Positions 9,707 to 17,933 of a stretch of 64,000 bases of DNA are shown piece by piece. This stretch comes from a candidate division FCPU426 bacterium. GTDB lineage: Bacteria; Oederibacteriota; Muellerivitia; Muellerivitales; Muellerivitaceae. Each line of letters starts with the position of its first letter. Within the stretch, counting starts at the first letter, position 1. Both the position numbers and the translations under genes were made by a program. The notes beneath the pieces are model-generated. The model made no database searches. It had not been told where the DNA came from and saw nothing but the letters and a program-made list of their open reading frames with translations. The stretch spans positions 1-64,000 of the forward strand of contig CAVYSE010000002.1 in assembly GCA_963771075.1 (NCBI GenBank), given 5' to 3'.

Positions 9707-10126
9707 TCAAGGGATGGATGGTATAGGTGATGACACCGAGCATTTTGACCCCCTCTTCGGGGTCCACTTGGATGGGCTTGAACTCCGGGTTTTCGGGAAT
9801 AACAGGACTTTCTTGTCCTCGATACTGAGTCGCTTGACGATGGGTTCCCCATTCAGGGCGGCGATGACCACATCGTTTTGGGCTGGTAGCAGGGCCTTAT
9901 CGACCAGGAGAAAATCCCCTGAATGGATGCCCGCCCCAATCATCGAATCCCCGGAGGCGATCCAGAGGTAGGAGGCGTAGGGGTGGTCCACTAGGTCGCT
10001 TAATTGGATGCGCCTCTCCCGGTAGGACTCCGGGGGGCCGGGAGCCCCACAGGGAACCGGGGGCTCCACCAGCCTCAGGATGATGTTCTCGAACTCCTTG
10101 AGCGGCCCGAGGTAGTAAACGCCCAT
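9707..10126 (-). CDS. umuD: UmuD / S24 peptidase; C-terminus frameshifted near 9790
   Basis: PVPCG cleavage site, GDSMIGAGIHSGD catalytic Ser, IVKRL Lys; upstream of umuC. Confidence 0.88.
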   Translation of the reverse strand: MGVYYLGPLKEFENIILRLVEPPVPCGAPGPPESYRERRIQLSDLVDHPYASYLWIASGDSMIGAGIHSGDFLLVDKALLPAQNDVVIAALNGEPIVKRLSIEDKKVLLFPKTRSSSPSKWTPKRGSKCSVSSPIPSIP

Positions 10127-10153
10127 AACTCATAATCCTCCCCTAAAATTATT

Positions 10154-10171
10154 GGTATACTTGTGTATACC
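10154..10171. promoter_or_regulatory. Palindrome upstream of umuDC; candidate SOS/LexA-type operator
   Basis: GGTATAC-TTGT-GTATACC about 30 nt upstream of the umuD start. Confidence 0.4.
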
Positions 10172-10330
10172 TTGATATAACCTTATTTTGGGAGAGGGGT
10201 CAAGATTTAACGAATCGAATTTTTTTAAATTGAAGGATTTTCAGGGAATTCCGTGGAGTTAATTTCGACCCCGGATTTAGATTCAGAAAAAAGTATGTAT
10301 TGACCGCAAATGGCAATTCCTTTTAAGAAC

Positions 10331-11161
10331 TTACATTTTTTTAGGGGAAGTGGGGATTGCTTTGTCTAAGCGTCGATGGAGAAAAGATGCAAGAACCAAT
10401 AAATCCATAGCATCTTGTTCCTCTATGGTCCATATAACTTTTGGAGCATGTCCCGTAACATTTCGAAAAGCCCCAAACATTCCTTTTATTAGGTTCATCA
10501 ACCCTTTATGTTCACTTTGCTCGGTTTCGGTCTGAAGAGAATTGAAAGCTAGCAGGGGGTAAGTCGAAGACCCAATTCCAAAGGCCTTATCAACTAATTC
10601 AGATCCATCGCTTGTAAGTCCACTTTTATTCCTGATCTTTTCCGCAACACTTTTGGTGACCTCGAAAACAGCATGGAAATAATTGTCTTGCATTAATTCG
10701 GCCCGACAGAAGTAAAGAACGTCAGCGTGAACACCACGGTGTTGCAGGGTTGTTCTTAACCGCCCAGCTCGTGATTGAGCTTCATTTAATGTTCGAGCCT
10801 GTTCTGTTTTTTTTAGTTTTCCATCTTCTCCAAGTGATATCCCACAAAAGGAAAGAACTTCATTGAGGTCTGTTCGCCTCTGCATGAACTTAGTTGTATC
10901 TTTTAAGTAACGAGCAGGTGCCATTACCGTCTGAATGAAATTGGCGATTGAATTCCCGCAATGATCCTCGTTTTGTCTCAAACACAGGGCGTTAAAAAGC
11001 CTCTTCCATTTTGTGAGGCTAGGGTCTGGATCTTTAATTCCACATTGGCCTAACATTCTTCCAATTTCTGTACCAGTAAGTCCATCCACTGTGTCGGCAA
11101 TTATTTTGGAAATTGTTTCTAATTGATCGGAAGTAAATGATGGTATTGTTGGCATTTGCAA
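10331..11161 (-). CDS. TIGR02391-family protein with AbiJ-NTD-like N-terminus
   Basis: GLTGTEI...TKWKRLFNAL; YFHAVFEVTKSVAEKIR, DGSELVDKAF, EHKGLMNLIKGMFGAFRNVTGH (RxxxxH); low GC. Confidence 0.8.
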   Translation of the reverse strand: MQMPTIPSFTSDQLETISKIIADTVDGLTGTEIGRMLGQCGIKDPDPSLTKWKRLFNALCLRQNEDHCGNSIANFIQTVMAPARYLKDTTKFMQRRTDLNEVLSFCGISLGEDGKLKKTEQARTLNEAQSRAGRLRTTLQHRGVHADVLYFCRAELMQDNYFHAVFEVTKSVAEKIRNKSGLTSDGSELVDKAFGIGSSTYPLLAFNSLQTETEQSEHKGLMNLIKGMFGAFRNVTGHAPKVIWTIEEQDAMDLLVLASFLHRRLDKAIPTSPKKM

Positions 11162-11195
11162 CCCCTCTTAACAAATGAATGAATCATAAAATACT

Positions 11196-13880
11196 TTAAT
11201 ACCCGTATATTTCCATACGACGTCGAAAAGCTAGATCCCCTCCTTCCAGAATGTTTCGCACTTCTGCTTTTGTTTCAGCCCGATCAATAGAACCACGTTC
11301 AAAAACAATCCCTTTATCAACAGAACGTCGCATAGGAATAAGTAATTCCGCATCACCTAAAACAGCAATATTTGCATTATGGGTAATGAGAATAACTTGT
11401 CTTTTTTCTTTAATTTCTCTAAGGGTTGTAACGATGGAACTAAAAATAAAAGCGTTGTCCAAATCATCTTCTGGTTGGTCAATTATCAGAGGTAGGTTGG
11501 TTTCGGCAAACATTGCAATCGTTAAAAAGATTGTATGTTTTTGTCCATCAGAAAGTTGATTCACGGGTATATCTTTTGGAGGGGAACTTTTGGTCCTAAC
11601 AGTAATTATTGGACAAGGGGGTTTCCAAAGAACTTCCAATTTGTGAATTGTTGTCAGAAACCGAAACCTTGAAATCATTTCTTTTGCCCAAACGGAACCA
11701 ATTTCTCCAACTTTTGAAAGTTCTGTAGCATTTCCGAATTTTATAAGTTCGGCTAGTTCTTTTGGGGTAACACTAGAAGCAAAACGATTAGCTAGTTGCT
11801 CTGACAAATGGGACCCTTGCATGACTTCCAAAATAATACTTTTAAAATCTTCAATAATGCCGGAGGGTTCGTAATGAACAAAAACAAAATAATCTTGAAT
11901 CGTCTTGGAAAGGTGTTTGTTGATACTTTGTAACTGTTCTTTTCTCCTATCCGATATTTTTTTTCGGGTCTCATCAAGTTCAAAAAGATATTTTTTTCGA
12001 TCTGCCCTTAATTGGTTAAGTTGAGGTAGTTGAGCATTAATATTTGTAATTGTCCGGGTTACTTCAGTTTTTTGATTAACTATGGTTTGAAAGTCCTCAA
12101 GACTTCCCGTTAAACCCTTCTTTCGAAGTTCTCCGATTTTTTCGCTCAAATCCGCTTCCATCGTGGAATGGTTAAGATTTAATTTTTGAATCTTTGCCTC
12201 AATGTTTAATGCAACAACTTTCAATTGAGAATTAATTTCCTTTTCTTTTGTCGAAAGAAAAAGATTAGCCTCCTCAATGATTTTTTTGATATCTCCTAGG
12301 ATTTGGTCGCTTTTGGGGTCGGCGGTTATTTCCCCAGTCGTTTCTTTAAGTTCATCAAAATTTCGCAGGAAATTAGAAAGACTCATTCCATTTCTATAAC
12401 TTTTTTTATACTCGTCTAAAGCCTGAGCCAAACTTTTTTCTGATGACAATTTTGATTGAATAGCTGCAATCTCTTTTAGCTTTCCCTCTTCTGCAATTTT
12501 AATTTTCTTTACTAATTCTTTTAAGGTTTGTTGATTAGCTGGAAGCTGTTCAAATCTACCTTCTAAAGGAATCAATTGGCCGCTATTTTCCTCCAGCACC
12601 GAAACTAACTCCGCCTCTTTTTCTCGGAGGTCCCGCAAAGAAATATGGCGATCTAAAAACTCCTGTAACAAAATGGGATTTTTCAGAGGATCTTTAGCCA
12701 CTTCGGCTAAATCTCCTTGGCTATAAAACTCAACGCGAAATGCATCCTCAGGAACATCATGAATTTTGTCCTCTTTTGCTTTAACTAAGGGCCGGGCACC
12801 CCTTCTTCTTTCATATCGATATATAACCCCATTAGAATCCTCACAATAAACAATTACGGCGTTGGGTCCATTTGTATTTTCTTCAAGCTTTTCAGAAATA
12901 CCCAAACCAAATGCCAAACATTGTAAAACCGTACTTTTTCCTGTTCCTCGCCCCCCTATCAAACAATTCAAATTGTTGCTTAAATTAATTACCTGACCAT
13001 CAATAAACCCACCCGAAATATGCAAACCAAGAATCCGAGGAATTGATCTTGGTATTGTTGCCAATGGACGTACCCTTGCTGTGGGATCAAGAAGTGCTGT
13101 TCTGAATGATTCAAAGGTTAATTCATTCATTTTTATCCGAGTTATGGTTTGATCGAAATTTCTTTCATTAAAAGACTTCATAGTATGGGCATCAGAAGAC
13201 TGGATATGGGCCAAATGGACCCGAGAAAATGTTGATCCATTTTTACTTCGAACATCTATTAACTTGCGCCTTTCCAAACCACGGGGATTATTGTCGTCAT
13301 CCGTTGAATACCAATTAAGATTTTGCGTTTCTTTAATTTCAACTCCCAAAAGGCCTGAACTAGTAATAATATCTTTCTTCCAATTTGGATAACCTTCAGA
13401 AAGCATTTCAAACCCTGTTTTCGGAAGATCAATGTGTGCCGCTAAGCAAACCCCACCAAGTGTTTCGGCTTCTTTAATAACATCTGCCATAGACCGTGTA
13501 GTATGGGTATCCAATTCCCCGCGTTTTCCCACAAGATTTATTCTGGCCAAAAGTTCATTTGCGTTTTCAACCTTGTCAGGAGAAAAATAAACAAGTAAAT
13601 GGCCATTAGCAGTTGTTATTTCCACCCCAGCCAATAATAAAAACCTTCCCTTAAACTTCTCGGCGTATTCAATGGCCGGTTTCAAATTGGCATCATTGTT
13701 GTGATCGGTTATTGCAAGAATTGAAATATTTAGAGTTAATGCGGAATCAATCAGGGCTTGGACTGTCATTGTGGAATCTTTAACGTCGTGGGACCCTCCG
13801 AAAGAATGAACGTGCAAATCTCCATTAAAAAATCGGGCTCCATTATCAAATGCTTCAATTTCTTTAAATGTTATTGCCAT
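11196..13880 (-). CDS. PHP phosphoesterase fused to an SMC/ABC-type ATPase (TrlF/Ppl-like)
   Basis: DLHVHS, AITDHN, GVEIT...GHLL, AAHID, SSDAH; Walker A GGRGTGKST; coiled coil; LSDGQ signature; IIDQPEDDLD; ITHNAN. Confidence 0.9.
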   Translation of the reverse strand: MAITFKEIEAFDNGARFFNGDLHVHSFGGSHDVKDSTMTVQALIDSALTLNISILAITDHNNDANLKPAIEYAEKFKGRFLLLAGVEITTANGHLLVYFSPDKVENANELLARINLVGKRGELDTHTTRSMADVIKEAETLGGVCLAAHIDLPKTGFEMLSEGYPNWKKDIITSSGLLGVEIKETQNLNWYSTDDDNNPRGLERRKLIDVRSKNGSTFSRVHLAHIQSSDAHTMKSFNERNFDQTITRIKMNELTFESFRTALLDPTARVRPLATIPRSIPRILGLHISGGFIDGQVINLSNNLNCLIGGRGTGKSTVLQCLAFGLGISEKLEENTNGPNAVIVYCEDSNGVIYRYERRRGARPLVKAKEDKIHDVPEDAFRVEFYSQGDLAEVAKDPLKNPILLQEFLDRHISLRDLREKEAELVSVLEENSGQLIPLEGRFEQLPANQQTLKELVKKIKIAEEGKLKEIAAIQSKLSSEKSLAQALDEYKKSYRNGMSLSNFLRNFDELKETTGEITADPKSDQILGDIKKIIEEANLFLSTKEKEINSQLKVVALNIEAKIQKLNLNHSTMEADLSEKIGELRKKGLTGSLEDFQTIVNQKTEVTRTITNINAQLPQLNQLRADRKKYLFELDETRKKISDRRKEQLQSINKHLSKTIQDYFVFVHYEPSGIIEDFKSIILEVMQGSHLSEQLANRFASSVTPKELAELIKFGNATELSKVGEIGSVWAKEMISRFRFLTTIHKLEVLWKPPCPIITVRTKSSPPKDIPVNQLSDGQKHTIFLTIAMFAETNLPLIIDQPEDDLDNAFIFSSIVTTLREIKEKRQVILITHNANIAVLGDAELLIPMRRSVDKGIVFERGSIDRAETKAEVRNILEGGDLAFRRRMEIYGY

Positions 13881-14046
13881 GTTTTGACCTTCGTTTGATT
13901 ATTAATTTCGCAAGGGGGTCGTAATATTATGCTATTAACCAAAAACAATTTCTTCTTAATAACTTTTTTAAACCAAAAACCGAAAAAATACATTGTTTTT
14001 TCCGGTTTTAATTCGGGCAAAACGAAACGAAGGTTGTTTTGAATTT

Positions 14047-14350
14047 TTACCTTGCGTGAGCCAACATTGGATTCTTTTTCCGCAAAATACGGACTATCTT
14101 CCAAACACTTCCAAATTCAGGATTCCCTTTTTCGAGACAAAACCTTATAAAGACTTTGCCTAGCCAAACCCGTTTCTTTTGCAAGCTTTGTGAATCCCCT
14201 GGTCGCATCCACGATATCTCGAAGCATGGAAAGAACAACTGCTGGTTCATCCTCGTTTAAGCGCCTCGTTTAAATAAGCTTTTCGAAAGCTTTCATTGGT
14301 TTTCAAATGTTCAATGATCGCTGTTTTATGGTCCCTTAATGCCTTTCATC
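14047..14350 (-). pseudogene. Addiction-module antidote protein (HTH, TIGR02684-like), frameshifted
   Basis: Assembled across frames: KAYLNEAL...VLSMLRDIVDATRGFTKLAKETGLARQSLYKVLSRKGNPEFGSV. Confidence 0.7.
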
Positions 14351-14374
14351 ACTTTCACTCCTTTATTGCGGCTT

Positions 14375-14703
14375 TTAAATTCGTACCAGTATTAAAAGCT
14401 TTTCGAATGTCCTGTTTTTGGTGCTTTCTTCTCGCCCCCAACTAATAATAAGCATCATGGTTTTTCCAATTTGCCTGACATAGAGCCGAAAACCCTGCCC
14501 CAAATGGATTCGTAGTTCAAGGATACCGTCTTCAATGTCTTTGTAGTCCCCAAGCAAACCTTGTTCCAACCTCCTGATCCGCTTTTCTAAGGTGACTGCC
14601 GATCTTAAATCCTTTTTGAACTAACTCCGAATACCATTCCTGGTAAGGGCACTTGCCCATCGAGCGTTTCATAGTCCTTTAATTCAAAAGGTGTTGTTTC
14701 CAA
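14375..14703 (-). pseudogene. Addiction-module killer protein (RelE/ParE-like, TIGR02683-like), frameshifted
   Basis: Across frames: YETLDG-KCPYQEW...RIRRLEQGLLGDYKDIEDGILELRIHLGQGFRLY; AGGAGAGG RBS. Confidence 0.75.
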
Positions 14704-14770
14704 TTACCTCTCCTTTTAATTGTCGCCTATGGTTGACACTTTTTCAAGGCCCGTTTTGTTGATATTTCCG

Positions 14771-15581
14771 CTAATCAGCTAATGGTTGATTCAACTGATG
14801 CCAGCATTTTTTGAACGGTTTTGTATTAACCCTTTCAAAATCGGATACAAACCATTGAGGTTGTTCTTCAGGTTTAATTCTTGTTTGAAGGGAACGAATC
14901 ATTCGGACCGCATTTCCAGGCGTTGCGGAAACGATCAGTTTTAGGGCGCGGGGAAAACCACCTTTTAAATTCTCGGTCATTCTTTGGAGGATTACGTCGT
15001 TGTAGTGATGGTTCTCAAGCTCAAGTGCAAAACCAACTCTTCGGCCTTCAATATCTGCCTCGAAATAACCATCAGGTGTTCTTCTTCCTTTGCGGATTGG
15101 GGTTGGCCCCATTGGAACGCCATCTTTCCTTGTTCAACTTTCCTTCCAGGTATTCCGCCTTAATGGATGGGGTGATTCCTGATCGCATCTCAAAATCCGA
15201 AACCCAAAAAATATCCTTAAGTTCTTCCAATGACTCGAATGTTATTCGGATCGTCTGAACCATAACGTCATGCTCTTTTTCATGGGTGTTGATCTTTACC
15301 GGATACTTGTTGCTCCTCACCAATATCTTGTTATTTTCGTCCAAAGTTCTCAAAGCTCCCGCAGTTAAGAAGAAAAGGTTACTGTTCCCAATGGGTGTTT
15401 TTAGAACGTGAAGAAGATCCCTTTCCGGGCTAGTGTACTTTTTAAGTATTTTGTAAGCGTTCCTGGAAGTCTGGTTGGGAAGGAATTTTTTATAAAATAA
15501 TTCCGGTGTCGTAAATTTATTGGAATGAATCCATACGAGATGTTCCATTTCTATATCAGTCATTGCTTTCAAAGCTTTCAA
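14771..15581 (-). CDS. Replication-relaxation (Replic_Relax-like) protein, frameshift near 15100
   Basis: N-terminal wHTH-like part, HEKEHD, then RRTPDGYFE...FALELE PD-(D/E)xK-like motif; overlaps the stop of the coupling-protein gene. Confidence 0.6.
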
Positions 15582-17197
15582 TGGACTTCTTCTTTCTTTA
15601 TTTTTTTAGAATAACCTTCTCCCTTGGACAATATTTCCGTGTCAGGCATTGGTTCAACCTTCACCTTCTCTTTGATCGGGGTTTTCGCTTCTTCTTTTTT
15701 AGGGCTCGTTTTTGATTGAGTCTCAGCTTTGGGCAAAACAATCTTGTTGTATTGGTTGGCTTTTAAATGGTTGTCCCGAATCGGAACGCACCCCACATAA
15801 TCAAATTCCCTAGGAGGCGGTTTGACTTCCTTGAGCTTCATCTTGAAAACTTTCGGACCTGAGACATAAACGATCCTGCACACCGCTTCCCCACGTTTCA
15901 TTCCCCTCAAGTAATTAGGATGAATAATAAACTCCTCATCCTGTTTTTCGGTCCGTCCCCTAGGCTGAGAGATACGGGTGTCATATGAATAAACGTCCTT
16001 CTTTGTGACTTTGGTCCCGAATATCGAAGCGAAGAAGTCCACCGTGTCTTTCTCAGTGATGTTCATCACGATTTTGTGGTTGGTGTTGGTGAGAATGTCG
16101 TCCTTGAATTCCTGGCTGACGGCCCCCAACTGGCCCAGGCTGTGGTGGGCTAGAAAGAAGCAAACATTGGCTTCCCTCCCTAAGGAAATAAGGTCATTGA
16201 GCCCCGGATAAGCGGCGGTATAGAACTCGTCCAAAAAGACGAAAAAAGGCCTTTCCGGCTTCTCAATAAGCCTCCGCCCAATAACCCCAGCCAAGTCAGT
16301 TAGGGCCGAAATAATGACCGGTTTGGAGTCCTCCTGGTTTACCAGTGAAGAGGTTCCAAATAGGAATATCTGTTGTTTCTCAACCACATCCCTCATCTTG
16401 ATATCCGGGTTCAGGGTATTAATAAGGGGTGACCATTCGCGGGTGGTGAAACGTGCCAATTTGCTGGTTAACCCTGAAAGATTAAGCTCCCTGTCCTTCT
16501 CCGACATATTGACCCACTTTTCCAGGAAGTATTTCCCCGAGACGGTGTCCTCGTGTTTCCGGGCCAAGACTTTGATCGAATCGAACGACCTAATCTCGTT
16601 TGAGATAAGGTTCTGGTAATCCATCCTGGTGACGTGCTTGAACTCCAAGAAAAGAAGGTTGGTAAGGTTGCTCAAAACGTCGCTGGCTTGGTCCCGGTAA
16701 TATTCCTGGGTCACAGGGCCGTAAAAGATCGACTTCATGAGGCCATTGAAGACCTCGTCCGGTTTGTCCTTGAAATCCGGGTTGTAAGTCTGGCTCCTTT
16801 TCACATCTGCCAAATCAAAATACTTGAGGTCATGGAGCCGTCCGTATTTCTGGGCGTAATAGGGAATGTGTTTGTTGTAGTTGGATTTGGCGTCAAAAAC
16901 GAACATCCCCAAACCGTTCCTGATCCCCTGCTCAATCATGTGGTTGAAGATGTTGGTTTTTCCCATGCCGGAAGATCCGATGACCTCGGTGTGGTACTTG
17001 AGCAGTTCAGCAGGAATGAAAAACTTGTTTTCCGCATCCAGGTATAAAGAGAATTTTCCGCCTTCATGGCGGGGCGACTCGCCCGGATGTTCCGGGATAT
17101 GCCTCATGAAGAAATGAATGAAATAAATGCAGAAGCCGATCAGGATGGAAAGCCCCATCACCACATCCCCCGTGAACCCCTCGGTTCCCAGGAACAC
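15578..17197 (-). CDS. VirD4/TraD-like type IV coupling protein
   Basis: N-terminal TM; HTEVIGSSGMGKT Walker A; VFDAK; FLDEF Walker B; GREANV; IIHPNYLRGMKRGEA. Confidence 0.88.
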   Translation of the reverse strand: MFLGTEGFTGDVVMGLSILIGFCIYFIHFFMRHIPEHPGESPRHEGGKFSLYLDAENKFFIPAELLKYHTEVIGSSGMGKTNIFNHMIEQGIRNGLGMFVFDAKSNYNKHIPYYAQKYGRLHDLKYFDLADVKRSQTYNPDFKDKPDEVFNGLMKSIFYGPVTQEYYRDQASDVLSNLTNLLFLEFKHVTRMDYQNLISNEIRSFDSIKVLARKHEDTVSGKYFLEKWVNMSEKDRELNLSGLTSKLARFTTREWSPLINTLNPDIKMRDVVEKQQIFLFGTSSLVNQEDSKPVIISALTDLAGVIGRRLIEKPERPFFVFLDEFYTAAYPGLNDLISLGREANVCFFLAHHSLGQLGAVSQEFKDDILTNTNHKIVMNITEKDTVDFFASIFGTKVTKKDVYSYDTRISQPRGRTEKQDEEFIIHPNYLRGMKRGEAVCRIVYVSGPKVFKMKLKEVKPPPREFDYVGCVPIRDNHLKANQYNKIVLPKAETQSKTSPKKEEAKTPIKEKVKVEPMPDTEILSKGEGYSKKIKKEEVH

Positions 17198-17720
17198 CCC
17201 AAAAAAGTCATGGCAAAAGGCTAGGGCTATAACGGCAGGGGCTAAAGGCTAAGAGGTGGGTCATTCGGACATGCTTCTCAAACATGTAGAGAAAACCAAC
17301 GGAAAGGGCCGAAACCGTGTCAAAGGGGGTGACGGACGGGGAAATGATCCCCAGAGACCTCTAGGGTGAATTTAAGGCCCGAATAGACCCCAAATCCGCC
17401 TAAGACAGGGGGAGTGTGCTTCTCAATCGCTTTAAAAAAGTTTCCAAAATTCATGGCAGGTTTTTCTAGTGTTGTATTTGAAACACTCGAACACTTTTAC
17501 TTTTATGCCTGTCGCCCGATGTTGGCAAGTTCATAAAAGACCAAAGGTTAAGAAAAACCAGGAGTCTTATTCGTGTCTTATTCAGTCATGTTTAGCCCTG
17601 GATTGCCAAGGATGACCATGGTTGTCCATGGATACAAAAAAAGCCTTTGTCCGCTAGACTCGCTAAAGTCGTTGCAAACAAAGGCTTTTGAAATTGGCCT
17701 GTGACATTGATTTTTTAAAA

Positions 17721-17798
17721 TGGCGGGGTTGACGGGGCTCGAACCCGCGACCTCCTGCGTGACAGGCAGGCGCTCTAACCAAGCTGAGCTACAACCCC
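17721..17798 (-). tRNA. tRNA-Asp (anticodon GTC)
   Basis: Reverse complement GGGGTTGTAGCTCAGCTTGGTTAGAGCGCCTGCCTGTCACGCAGGAGGTCGCGGGTTCGAGCCCCGTCAACCCCGCCA; cloverleaf with encoded CCA. Confidence 0.97.
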
Positions 17799-17933
17799 TC
17801 GCAGGAAAGGAAAAAGCAGGTAGGAAAAACCTCGCTTTGTCACTGCCTCTTTGGGAGGCCCCCTTAAGGGAAGCGAAACGGAGGGGTATCGTACTGGGGC
17901 AAGGGTCTTTCGTCAAGCGTCTGTAAGAAGTCC

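Larger units (their letters stand above)
1..17720. mobile_element. Genomic island / mobilisable integrative element at the tRNA-Asp 3' end; other end outside the window
   Basis: Accessory content (T4CP, relaxase-like, ardC, radC, umuDC, TA, defence) ends at the tRNA 3' end; IR AAAGCCTTTGT/ACAAAGGCTTT at ~17639-17688. Confidence 0.8.

Noticed and set aside
17200..17720. Integrase next to tRNA-Asp
   Set aside because: No ORF with tyrosine or serine recombinase motifs in this interval or elsewhere in the window.
17578..17926. ORFs overlapping the tRNA
   Set aside because: They are translations of tRNA-Asp and its flanks.
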